The notes under the pieces were generated by a model. It had not been told where the DNA came from and searched no databases. It worked only from the letters and a program-made list of their open reading frames with translations. A DNA stretch of 63,698 bases, the filler included, from Klebsormidium nitens (Eukaryota > Plantae > Klebsormidiophyceae): NCBI GenBank assembly GCA_000708835.1. It is 8 parts of 8 records of this genome, joined end to end, with 100 filler letters (N's around TTAATTAATTAA, not from the genome) between each part and the next. Parts side by side here need not be neighbours in the genome. Positions count along the whole stretch, not along the records: positions 32,930 to 52,669 come from DF237928.1; positions 52,770 to 58,173 come from DF237407.1; positions 58,274 to 61,482 come from DF238594.1; 5 more parts are not named here. One strand, written 5' to 3'. The position numbers and the translations under genes are program-made. This document shows, in pieces, positions 48,901-60,440 of the stretch; positions within the stretch are counted from its first letter, which is position 1; the number at the start of each line of letters is the position of its first letter.

Positions 48901-51232
48901 CCAGCAGCGGGGGTCAGAGGAAAAGAGGCTCCAGGGCTCCGCACGCATGCCAGAGATGGGCCAGAACCGGACCCGCTGCCAGCGCAGCCTGCCCTCCACC
49001 CCTGAATATGACAAGGTGGCCATGCGATTCAGGGAGAAGCATGGTGGCTCTGTGGCGTTGTCAATGGAAGCATGGAGAGCCAGCAGTGTCCCTGAATGCC
49101 GACGAACTCTCTGGAGCCAGAGACCACCATTTGTTCCCTTCCACGAGAAAAGCTGGCCCCTTCGCTGATTTGCAGATTCCAAGACATCAGCGAAGAAACC
49201 CGGATTGGGACTGACTCGCCCTAAAGAGATTCACGAGACAAACGCATGCCCCCATCTGCCTGTGGCTTGCTCTCTTCCGGCCCCACATGCTGCGTGCGCG
49301 CACCTGCTGTTGCGTGGCGGCCAGGGCTGCTCAAGCTGTGGCCCCCCGCACTCTTGTCCAGCAGCTGCTGGAGGGACGGCGACTGGCGGGCGCCCGCGGC
49401 CGGCAGAAGGCTGGTGGCGCCTGTTGAAGGGAAGAGCAACCAGTGGGGGGCAGGGTGGGAGGGCAAAGGGACCGCCCGACAGCACATGCTCCGAAGCACA
49501 CATTGATTGTAAACTGGCATAGATGGATGATGCAGTGACACTTTGCACAGTGGCAATTCAAGAGCGCCCGAGCGTCGGTGGCATTGTGAAGGCAGGGCAA
49601 GCACCTCACTCACTGCTGGGTGGGAAGTGCAGCTGCAGGGTGTTCCTCGCCTCGGGCTTGAGCTCCTGGTTGGCGCTGCGCTGCGGCTGGAAGCCAAGCA
49701 GCAGCTGCTGGCTGGCGCTCAGGCCCAGGGTGCGCCCCAGAAAGTCGGCCGTCTGCTGCGGGGGAGCCCCCATCAGAAGGCTGCTCAGGCTGCCGTCAGG
49801 CGCGCGGGGCGCCACGCCGCTGTCGCGCAAGAACTGGGACAGCGAGGGGCCATCGCTGGCGGGCTGCACGGGCACAGCTGACCGGATTGGGGCGCAGCCA
49901 GGGGGGGGGGCGGCCGGAGAGTCAGGCGGATCGAGGCGCCAAGCACTGAATGCATGGACAGGGCAGGCAGGGGGCCGCGCCCATTGAGGCGGGGAATGCG
50001 TGCCAGAAGAGAACCAGATCTTGCCATGTGTCTCTGGCCCAGCGCCCTCACCGCGGCCTCGTGTGGGGAGAAGGGCGAGAGGGAGAGGCCCTGCCCCAGG
50101 CGGCGCGGCGGGGTGTGCTCCGGTGCCGCAGCGCCCTTCCGCCTGCGCACCTCCTCGTGTGCATCGTACGGCAGAGCGGAAGTGGCCATGTTGAAGTGGG
50201 GCCGGTGCGGCGCGGGGTGGTCGTCGGGCTCGCTGGCGGGGTCCTCCTTCTTGCGGCGCCGCTTGTTGTGGCCCAGCAGGCGCCGCCGGCAGCTGCGCTT
50301 GCCCTCGTCAAACTCAGCCACCGGATGGAACCTGGACACAGCAGCGGCGACACAGTGAGCAGTGTACAAGACAACAAATCTGATTGGGGACATCTGCAGA
50401 CTTCATGAATGATTGATTGGGGTTGACAACCAGTAAGCATGCTTGATGCAAGCTGAGCATCCCAAGCACCACAGTGCAGCAGGACTACTCCGAAGGGGGG
50501 CAAAGTGATCCTGGATTTCAAGAATGCATCATGCACCATCAGAAGCAACCACTTTCTTAAGCACTGTTTGTGGAAGACAGCAGTGCCGGTCTTTTATGAG
50601 GGCCTCATCTTGGTGAGTGGCTTAAATCACTAATACTTGCTTGAGCGGTCTTGCTTTACAGATCGGTTGGATGTTGTTGGATCTTTGGAACCTGAGCCGC
50701 ACCAAACAAGCTAGCTCCAGCAGCCACCACTTATTGCCTACCAGTGACTTGCTTAGGAAAGTCTGATTCTACAGCGAGGTTACTGCTTGGTGTAGAACGA
50801 CAGGAAAGAAAGAAAAAACAATAGAAAGACTCTCTTGAGCATGTAGCCCTTTTGGTTTGCTGGGTCTGGTACAAACCAGAGCATAATGTCAGGTGTGGTT
50901 GTGCCCTGCTTATGTGGGCAAGTCAATGGTTCGGCACACATTGACCAGAGAAGCACTGTTGCTGCGCCACCCTCGTTTTATTGCCGCGCTTACCTGGAGC
51001 ACTGCTGGCAGAAGCGCATGAGCTGGCCCTTATGTAGTGCGGAGGCGGCCCGCGCGTGCACCTCGCACACCTTGTGTCGCTGGTGGTAGTCCTTGCTGCC
51101 GCTCAGGTCCGCCCCGCACCCCTCAATGAGGCACACAATGGACGCGCCAGCGAAGCTGGGCCGCGGCCGCTTGTCCGAGTCGTGCCGCTCCAGGCTGCCC
51201 GAGGACTTGTGAGCGTTGCCGGAGCTGTTCAT
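45968..51232 (-). CDS. SPL: SBP-box transcription factor of the large SPL1/12/14/16 class (about 11 exons; 3' end and possible upstream exon uncertain)
   Basis: SBP domain split by the usual intron (51232-50994 [25 protein letters not shown] | 50331-50151 [27 protein letters not shown]). Further exons about 50080-50042, 49863-49614, 49420-49304, 48894-48680 ([20 protein letters not shown]), 48361-48254 ([18 protein letters not shown]), 48081-47973, 47643-47508 ([11 protein letters not shown]), 47210-46919, and 46708 to the stop ([14 protein letters not shown]). An AG acceptor lies 1 nt before the ATG. Confidence 0.9.
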
Positions 51233-52025
51233 ACTGCCAGCGGCAAGGGGGAGGCAGCAATTGGACGGGCACCAGAGCCTCCCACGACAGGCACCAGGAA
51301 AGCTAGGCAGTAAAGGTGGTCACACACGAGCAAGAGATGTTACTGAGAAGTGCTTAGCAGGAGATATGTCGTGGATAATTCAGCCCTGATATGCTGTTGG
51401 ATTGACTTGTTGCGGAGGATATGTTGAGTCAGGGCCCAATCTCCCAACATGATTATCTTGCTCTGATTGCCCTTGTCTTGTTGATTGAGAAGAGTCTTGG
51501 ACCTTGCTCAAAAGCAAAACCTGGCCAGCCCATTTAGGACAGCCTGTGCAATGCTTCTTTGTGGCGATCTTGCTCAGGATACGCAGCATTTCTGCCTAGC
51601 AAGACATAGACCCGGTATTTGTATCTTCAGAAACAAAATCCCTGTCTAGACCTGGCTTTCGTAGCTTCAGAAAAACAGTGCTTCCCTTGCTCCAGGCAAA
51701 CGCATGATTGCAGAGGCGTTTGCAGGCATTGAGCACTTGCTTGAAAGCGGGCTACCTACATTGCTACAGCCTGCATGCATTGCAGAATTACCCTTGCAAG
51801 ATTACTGTAGACCTGAGCCTCCCCTGAATAAAGGCACACGATCTGATCAGAAGAGGGCTTTTGGAGCACAATGCAGCACAATGCACTCGCAGCTATCAAG
51901 GTCCCATATCAGCGCAGGCGCCCCTTTCAAATACTGAGTGGTTCAGTGCTGAGTGGATGATGTCCGTCTTGATCCAAACTACGAAGTCCGACGGCGACGG
52001 CACGCGAATGAAAATCTGGTCCTGG

Positions 52026-52382
52026 GTACTGTCCCTACAGCGTACCTATCGTACATAGATGTCGTACGGTCTCGTAGGTAACGGTTAACCCTCCAGACTC
52101 CGCAGTACACACCTTCTGTACCTACGTGCCAGCAACTGCCCACTCAATGGTACCAGTACAGGGTCGGTACCTACCGCCAATTAATTGACAATCTTTTCCT
52201 CGTTTCAATGTCAGGCTGATACGTTACTTTGTTACACGAGGGTTTTCCGCCGGTACAGACCTCGAAATACAGTTGCAAGGAGAAGGCCTGACATGCTGTC
52301 GTCATGTCTGGCCAGTTCAATCGGATCGACATCCATCTACCACTGTACTTCTGTACCAGTAGTGAATGGTGCATACCGGTAC
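52026..52382. promoter_or_regulatory. Cluster of 13 GTAC motifs (SBP-domain binding core) upstream of the SPL gene
   Basis: GTAC at 52026, 52042, 52051, 52064, 52105, 52118, 52150, 52156, 52167, 52253, 52345, 52353 and 52379. The regulatory role is inferred. Confidence 0.5.
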
Positions 52383-52443
52383 CGTGCTTACTAAAAAAGC
52401 GGGAGATACCTGGCCCTACAACAGTTTTGAGCCAGGACTTCGG

Positions 52444-52667
52444 AAACCCTAAAACCCTAAAACCTCAAGTTTACGGAAAATCTATTTTTTTGCAGATTCT
52501 GAAACACCGCAATTCAAGGAGTGGAACTGCATCATCTAGACTCTTTGACACTTCAACCACAGGACAGTGCAGGCAATCCTGTATTTACGGAAACCTCAAA
52601 ACCCTGGTCTCTAGCAATGATTTGATTCACTTATTACCCTAAAACCTGACCACTTTTTTAGGGTTTT
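52444..52667. repeat. Telomere-like / telo-box motifs (AAAACCCT x2-3; ACCCTAAAA..TTTTAGGGT inverted pair)
   Basis: AAACCCTAAAACCCTAAAACCT at 52444-52465; inverted pair at 52636-52644 and 52656-52664. Confidence 0.45.
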
Positions 52668-52669
52668 TA

Positions 52670-52769
52670 NNNNNNNNNNNNNNNNNNNNNNNNNNNNNNN
52701 NNNNNNNNNNNNNTTAATTAATTAANNNNNNNNNNNNNNNNNNNNNNNNNNNNNNNNNNNNNNNNNNNN
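52670..52769. other. Artificial contig linker
   Basis: 44 N + TTAATTAATTAA + 44 N. Confidence 0.98.
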
Positions 52770-52825
52770 GGTTTCCGCACATGTGAAGTAGACAGGCAGC
52801 GTGTAAACCCTGTCCAACCGTCACA
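52770..52825 (-). mobile_element. Second copy of the putative LTR start
   Basis: Near-identical to 25042-25096 with a different flank (CCAAT before minus-strand TGTGACGG). Confidence 0.6.
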
Positions 52826-53249
52826 ATTGGGACTCGTATGTATTGTCCTTATGGACTTGGCTGCTCAGCTCGACAAAGCGGGCCTGCACCTGCGCCGAAG
52901 CAGTCTCGATAACTCCCTGGACAGCTACTCCGACTTCCGAGGGCGGCTGGAACTGACGCTCCGGTCCATCCCCGGGTCCATATTCCAGACCACGTTGTAT
53001 TTGTTGGGCAGTTCCCGGTCAACCCGTATTTACATCGACCAGACGAAGTTCCTCCTGTCCATCACGGTTTCTCTTGTCACTATCTTGGTGCACTACAATC
53101 TGTTCTTGCATGAGCTCGGGTCGTCTAAGGCCTCTTTTGCTGAGACACTCAAGAAGCGCTTCTCCGTCGACAACTGTCAGCCTTGCGTGTTTGCATCAGA
53201 GGAAGAGCCTCTGACCATGGTTGACGCAGAAAAGCAGGACCACATCTAG
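52826..53249 (+). CDS. 3' fragment of a multi-pass membrane protein (XK-related-like), cut at its 5' side by the LTR-like sequence
   Basis: GLVCIVLMDL..RGRLELTLRSIPGSIFQTTLYLLG..FLLSITVSLVTILV resembles the E..P..Q.Y / SI..SL pattern of XK-family helices; open frame to TAG at 53249. Confidence 0.5.
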
Positions 53250-54894
53250 TTGGGCAGTCAACAAACAAGTGTCCCACACCAATATGTGCATTTATTGTAG
53301 TGACAGCCCCCACACTTCAACGCGACAAGATCATATCTAGCTATTTGCATTTCGTTTGGGGTCTACTTTGCTAGGGGTGAGATACATATGAGACCCTGGT
53401 TCCTGTCAGACGTCTGCTCTCGTATGCCAGACTGAATCAGGCATTCAATATACAATCGGACCCATTCCTTAGGAGGTCAAATAGCGTTGCAAAAGATCGT
53501 TCTCGTGTGTCCTCCCAGCTTTGCTAGAGTCGTGGCTGAAGGGTGCCTGCTTCGGAGCCATCAAACATTCTCGATATAGCAGTTGGCAAAAACGTTTCGA
53601 TCGTTAGCCATGCAAGCTTATAACGACGGCGGCCGGTACCGTACTAAAATGATCCGATCGCGATTGCAGTTTGCCCAATCATTTGCTGCTCGTGTTCTGA
53701 ATGGCTTGGTTTCAATAAAGCTAGCCTCAGTACGTGGCTTTGAAATTCAGCCCGATCAATTTAGTACGTTGCTGCTTGTATCATGCTAAAAGCATCACTG
53801 CAATACAACTTTCGGCCGTGATTTCCTTCAGGGTGCATAAAAGCGCTCTCTGGATCAAGCTCTGAAGAGCGGCAGCCGGCGGCCAATGGTCGAACTCAGT
53901 GACAATCATGTCATGATCGAACGCGACATATCAGGCTTAATTGCATGCGAACTGAAAGCAGGCCGTCGATCCTCGGATCGACGGTCGTTTTACCTTTGCA
54001 GTTAGCTATACCGTAGTACATACCGGCGGCGCGCCTACTAACTTCATAATAGTACCGTCTATGCATGAAGTATGGGGCCGGCAGGGCCGCGCCCCACTGA
54101 GGCCGCGGATTCATATGTTGAAACGGCCGGCATGCCATGCACATATTCTGATTCACAGTATGAATGATCGACCGTGAGTGTCGGATCATTTATGCATGCA
54201 CCTGCCTTTCTGCGCGGTCTGCATATCAACCCGCGGGAAGCCAGGCCGGTTCCATCTATCAGTTGATCGCCGTCACTCGACGCAGCTGCCGCACACGTAC
54301 GTCCGGCCGCTCAGCTAGATAGTGCGCGGCCAAACCTAGTCCGAAAAATGTTAACTGTACGGTTACACTAGCACACATGAGTCTCTAGAGACCATCATGA
54401 TCGGATTAAAGCTCATACTCACCATTATTGGACTACGGTAGCACACCAGCATTTGGTGTAGGGTAGCTAGGCGTCCGGTAGTCAAACACTGATTCCGACC
54501 CATGTATGGCATGGAAACGTATCCGGGCCCATGTAACTACGACGGCGTTTTGCCACTGCAGCCATGCAGCTATGACCCGACGTGCATAAAAGGAGCAAGG
54601 GCGATTCGATGTTTTAATTAGCCACCGTGACCAGTAGGTCTGCACAAATACTGCATCTCGCGCTTGCACACCCGGTGGGTGGGGCTTGCCGCCACGTCAA
54701 ACACATCTGAAACTTTGGTTCAAATAGCGGTCCCGTTGATCAACTCAAAGGGAGCCAGAATACGATTACCACCTTGGCCCTGTAGGACTATATTGCAGCG
54801 TGCTAACAACGTGACCCTTAGCTGAGTCCGCGCCGTAGTTCCTTTCATAACAGACCTGCATTGCCACACGTCTACAGCCTCCGACAATAACAAC

Positions 54895-57176
54895 CTATGA
54901 GATGCTGCCACCCGGTATCGACGCAACAGTGCAAACGCCCGCCGACGTCGTGAAGGGATCCCCCTTCCAGGTCGCCACTAACGACTCCGTCGTGACAAAC
55001 CCTGGTTGTACCGTTTCCCAAACCTTCTTTTTCGGGTTCAGCTGTTCGTCCGGTTCTCCCGGGTATGCCGGGAAGGTGATCCGCTCCCCGACCTTGGCAC
55101 CTTCCGGAGGTCGGACGAACTCAATCTGTCGATGTGGAGAGAATGATTGGTGTGAAACACGTGAGCCGTGCTGGAGCGAAAATCCCAACATCTTGCGCTT
55201 CTACGAATCGATCGTTGTTCTTTCATCAACATTGCAACGTTGGAAAGCGCGAAGGTTAACCAAACGACCGCGCACACAACCATTCCAGCAGTCAGCTGAC
55301 GCGAAAGTGCACCTATATGTGTCAGTCAGGATTCAACTTGGGGGCCGGCCATATCCGCAAAATTAAATCTCAACTTCAAAACGTGCTGATCAGATGGCGT
55401 CGGCAATCTCGCCTGATTGAGTGTACAAGAGTATCCGAAACGTTGCGACGAACACGCAGACGTCGAACCAACATCCTTGGATAGTGTCCTGCTTCGTTCG
55501 CCGCAAGCGGTCAAAATGCTCAAAAGTTCCCATCTCAAACTGACGAACGTTCCGGACGAAAGCCTACGTCGTCATCTCGAAGTGCTCTTCTTTCTCTGAA
55601 GTCTCCTTACGACGAGATAAAAAAACTTGCACGGTCATCTCACCTTCGTCTTCTCCGCATCCGAAGCGCACAGGACCATCGCGTGGGACTTGACGCCCCG
55701 CATCGCGACCGGCTTCAGGTTGCATACAGTCAAGATGACTTGGTTCTGCAAGATGTATGACAATTCAAGAGTGTGAGGCCATCTGTCTCCACTTACGGAC
55801 GTAGAAAAGTTATGAGCTGTTACAGGTAGAAACCCGCAAAGAGAAGGCGTCGAGTGGTGGAAATCTACGCAAGGCCGGAGCGCCGAGCTTCAGAAGGCAT
55901 TTCTGGGCGTCCAATTGAAATGGCGAATGAGAACGTTCGTTCACATCTCGTAGCTTAAGGAACGCAATACGAGGCAAGCTGAAAGGGCTTCTCAAATATG
56001 GAAATCAGTTCCTGTCAACGGATCATGATCGACCAGTTCCGCTCACAATAGAACGGCTTCCCGCATCGTCAAGAGACATTGGCTTCTTGCACACACAGCG
56101 CAAAAACTGCAACGAAGAGATCACCATACAGTCCACCAAAATGTTGCAAGAAACTCAGAACTGAGTAGAACCCGTTTCCTGATCAAGAACACGAACCTGC
56201 ATGCCTTCCAACGGAATGTACTTGACCAGTCCGCTGACGACGGTCCTCGGCTCCGCCTCCCCAACGTCAATCTCTTCCACGTACAGGCTGTCTGCGTCTG
56301 GGTGCTTCTTGACACTCACGATCTTGCCCACCCTGTAAGGAAGGCAGACTTATCAGACTGTGTCAATATGGACAAACTCGTGGAACCGATCGTCGAAGTC
56401 AGGCAGTTCCATGGAATGCGGTACCCGCACTTCTACTCACGCAGTTTTGCAATCAGCATTCTCAGCACTTCAGTCTCTGAAAAGAAGAAGAGTTTCACCA
56501 GCCTGCCCTTTGTTTAGGAAGAAAGGCGTTATCGCCTTGAGCCAGCGCAATGAGAACCGAGTTCCAAGGGCCCCCCTGATATGCATTTCAAGAAATACAG
56601 AGTCAGCCGTTCAAGGGCCCACTTGTTGACAGTGCTGTCTATGACGCTCCCTTGTGACAGTGAGCACACCGCCACACAACTAAAGCAGAAGTCCCAGGGA
56701 GCAGCTTTCCGGAATCAGCCCAATCTTCTGGCGGGGAACACGTCTGCTGCAACCAGTTTGGAATCATGACCGATATGCAATCTCCCCGTGCCAAAGGGCC
56801 CGTCAACGAAGCAACGAGAGAAACCGTCGTTTCTTTAACTGCATCAGCGAGAATACTTTCACACTTGGACTTTAGAAAAGCCGCTTTGTGTGACCTGCAT
56901 CTCACTATCTACTGTCCCCAGGCCGCCTGTTAGTGAAACATCGGCCAGAGGACTGGCGGCTTTGGCACCTTGCGTTCCTTTATGCACTTTCGGAGCCAAA
57001 GAGGCATCGTCTTGGACCTAACCTGATGTCTAGCCGCGACACGTCCACCGGCTTCTCCGCTTCCTTGGCACCCCTAGAGCTTCCCCCCTTGGGCTCCTTG
57101 GCGCCCTTGTCCTTCTCCTTTTTAGGCTTCCCGTTGTTGGCGGCCGGGGTCGCTGGGCCGGAGGACGATGTCGAGG
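54895..57176 (-). CDS. tRNA-binding OB-fold (EMAPII / Arc1p / AIMP1 / MetRS C-terminal type) protein, 5' part not resolved
   Basis: Exons 57176-57023, 56332-56197, 55745-55644, 55125-54895, phase-consistent: Lys-rich linker, VSRLDIR|[87 protein letters not shown]. Confidence 0.9.
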
Positions 57177-58173
57177 CTGCACATTAAGACGTTGCACCAC
57201 TTAGACATTCTCAAACATTTTGGTCGCGACGAGCAATTGCACAATCTCGATCGATTCAGACTCTTGAAGGTCTTGAAACTCTTGAACGTACCGTAGACCG
57301 CCCAAAACCGAATCACCTACTATCGGTGGATCACTTTTGCTGGAAACTGGACCTATCTTGATCCAGTCTCACATTTTCGACTACCCGAAAGTGGATCAGC
57401 TTTGTTGTGCGAAACGACGAGGATTCTTACTCAAGAGCATGACCTATAGTTGGGCAAACCTGGATCTAAGTCCATCGGCAGATAGTCCTTAATATACCTG
57501 GATATATTGAGAGAACTGCACATCAAAATGTAGGATTCTGTAAACAGCTTTGCACATAAGCGGTGGAAAAAAAAAAAGGTGATCTGGTAATGGCCGTCCT
57601 CCGGTATCCGTTGTTTCGACGTTCAAGTACTTTGGATGCCTTCAGATGGCCGGTCTGAACGGTTCTAGAGCCTGAGGTTTCCAGACGCTTTGTTTGTCTG
57701 CGATATGCCGGACGCTCCTAATAGTGGGTCACTTGACCGCTAGCCAGCTGTTAGATTGCAAAGGCGTCAAACGTGTCCTGTACTGTTGGCAAAGCACAAG
57801 GGGAAGATCGGAGGGGACCGCGTCAATTCCTAGTGATCATCTCGGCTTTCTGGCTGAAGACAAGCCACAAGAAGTACTGCACGGCAGTTGAACGTCTCAC
57901 CACAACAAACCTTGTAAACGAATTACCAACGACCTTCGCCTTTGAATCCACGCTACACAACTTTCCAGCAGAGAGTGCTGGTTAGATCTCTGAAAAATGC
58001 TACAAAAGCTCAGAGAGTGGTTCGACAAGCTCAGAGGAAAGCAGAAAGAGTCCAGAGACAGGAAGTGAAAGCTCAGAGAATAGGTAAGAAAAGGTCAGTG
58101 AATGTTGGGGAAACGTTCACAGACTGGGTAGAAAAGGCTCAGAAAATTAGGGAGAACGCTCAGAGAAAGGTAC

Positions 58174-58273
58174 NNNNNNNNNNNNNNNNNNNNNNNNNNN
58201 NNNNNNNNNNNNNNNNNTTAATTAATTAANNNNNNNNNNNNNNNNNNNNNNNNNNNNNNNNNNNNNNNNNNNN
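58174..58273. other. Artificial contig linker
   Basis: 44 N + TTAATTAATTAA + 44 N. Confidence 0.98.
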
Positions 58274-58570
58274 CTTTAAACGAGGTATTTTCCAGGAGAC
58301 ATTATGGCTCTTCTTGAGATTTACAGCTCGATCGACGGGACAGATTATTTCACAAGCCGTGGAACGGCCTAGAGGCCATCACTTTTACATTGCCACTGAT
58401 AGTCAGTTTAGATCTGCCCTTCTCAGCTTATCGATCGACTATTCAGGACTGGTCAACTTTCCTTGTTGCTGGCTGCTGTTTTAAGCTATCGAGTGCGGGT
58501 CTCAAATTAACGCTTAGGATTCTGCTGGCGCTTGAAACCCTGCAATCCTGGTCCGTGTGAGGAGAGGGGT

Positions 58571-58880
58571 GGGGAGAACTTCTCCCCGCTCAAGGGGAGA
58601 TTTCTCCCCCTGAGGAGTTAACGTTCTCCCCCGTTGGAGTAGAGACTCTCCACTTGCAGAGGAGACTTTCTCCTCCACGGGGGGAGAATTCTCCACCCGC
58701 GGAGGAGACTTTCTCCTCCATGGGGGGAGAATTCTCCACCCGCGGAGGAGATTTTCTCCCCCCCCGGGTGGGGAGAATTCTCCTCCACCGGGGAAGAGGG
58801 GGTGGAGACTGACGGTTCTCCTCCCCCTGGGGAGAAGTGGGGGAGACAGGTGGGGAGACATGTCTCCCCCGGTTCTCCCC
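58571..58880. repeat. Array of about 10-12 small palindromes GGAGA(N1-3)TCTCC at about 21-nt spacing, with a 43-bp higher-order duplication
   Basis: GGGGAGAACTTCTCCCC (58571), GGGGAGATTTCTCCCC (58594), GAGGAGACTTTCTCCTC, GGAGAATTCTCC (58683, 58726, 58771); period 43 between 58679 and 58722. Confidence 0.88.
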
Positions 58881-60081
58881 CTCTTCGCCCCCCCCGGTGG
58901 AGACAACCAATCCCCCCTGTCATGCCATAATCCATCAATGCCATATCGGCTCGGGTAATCGCTACGCAAGCGACGCGTGGCACAATCGTGTAGTATTAGG
59001 TGACTTCGATAACGATACAAGTTAGCGCACCTAAGAAGAACCCTAAAACGCATTGGCTAGGATCATAAACAATTAAACAGACCGCACTGGATGTCCAACG
59101 ACCAACCATGGCCACTAGAATCCCATTATTGGCGGATTCAATCCAAGCATGTTCTACGACCTTCCAAAGGGTACCTAACCGGCATGTTACCGGTTATGCA
59201 ACCGTAACGCACGGGCGGGTACGAACCCAACCGTCGCGTGCCCATCAATTTCTGGACAATCCAAACGCCGCAATGCTTTTGGAGATCCAAACTCACTCAG
59301 ATCCCCTTCGGGTACTTAAGTCAATTGGCATCGCCATTCCAATTCGACTTTCATTCAAGTTATCAACATCCATCGCAACCGGACTCCGTGTCCAGCCAGC
59401 ATCCGAGCGCCTTGAGCGTTCAACCCAGCATCCGAGCGCCCCGAGCGTTCAACCCCATCTTACGAGCGTACTCGCGTACACTCATCCGTTATTAGCAGTA
59501 CCAGCGAAACAGAGACAACAACACCAAAGGAGACGAGCCATACGGAGACCATTAACAACCGTAATATACTAACACGAAAGTAATTCAGTAGGCCTTATAG
59601 CCATTAGCGTTACTTGCTTGTTTCACATCATCATGTCCCATGCTTTCGGAGACGCCCTCATCCAAGCAGTAAGTGACATGTACTCATTTCTGTCGCTTGC
59701 CAATGTTTGAGTTATCCATTTGGACATCCAAATTGGACTCAGGCTTCTTGCGAGTGACGGCCACTGGGCGGAGCCTCAAGGTTGGTCAATGCGGGTGTTG
59801 CGTGGATTGCCTTGAATGTTAGCACATCATCTACATCACCTTCAATCTCAATTTATTCATTGTTTCATAACTCATCATTGCCAATTTCACAAAGCTGGGA
59901 ACTATGAATTCCATACATAAACATCAAAACATACAACGCCTCATGTAGTTTCACCGTTTGTCAATAAACACGTTCGCTCCAAAGTACCGAGCCTAATCAG
60001 ATGCCGAGCCTATATCGCATGAGATTTATCAAAAAAACCAGCTATAGCAATCGGCTCCAGAGATTGGGAAGTAGAGAAGCT

Positions 60082-60440
60082 AGCGCCGCAGACTGGATCA
60101 TTCAGATTTTATCCGTCGAACCGACATTTTGCGCGAATCCAGGTCTGAAATGCTCGACTGGTCATCTTCGATCCTTCGACGAGGTTTTGAGGTTCGATCC
60201 CGGTTCGATGCTTCGGACGAAGTCTTTTATTTTATTTTGTAAGCTCGGTTTTTTTAATTATTAAAAAACGAGCTCTCGTTATTAGAACTGGCGTTTGGTT
60301 TTGGGGTAAAGTGGCGCTCCAGACTGGATCACTCAGTTAAGCAGATTTTATGCATCGAACGTGCATTTTGAGTGAGTTCAGGTATGAAATTACTCGGAGT
60401 ACTCCAGTTTTCGACGGGTTTTGGAGTTCGATGACGCGAA
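60082..60440. repeat. Diverged direct duplication of about 130 bp
   Basis: GCGCCGCAGACTGGATCATTCAG..TTTTAT..CAGGTCTGAAAT..TTCGACGAGGTTTTG..GTTCGAT (about 60082) versus GCGCTCCAGACTGGATCACTCAG..TTTTAT..CAGGTATGAAAT..TTCGACGGGTTTTG..GTTCGAT (about 60314). Confidence 0.6.

Noticed and set aside
45800-50550. Numerous long overlapping ORFs around the SPL gene
   Set aside because: Alternative-frame and antisense shadows of GC-rich exons and introns; the spliced SPL model explains the region.
45968-51232. miR156/529 target site, or SPL7/CRR1 identity
   Set aside because: No TGACAGAAGAGAG-like complement seen by eye. The first zinc finger is C3H and the downstream motifs match the SPL1/12/14/16 class.
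57942-58173. Lys/Arg/Gln-rich ORF (KAQR repeats)
   Set aside because: Arises from repeated GCTCAGAGA words at a contig end; no coding evidence.
58514-59053. 179-aa, 121-aa and 106-aa ORFs
   Set aside because: Generated by the GGAGA/TCTCC palindrome array, which lacks stop codons.
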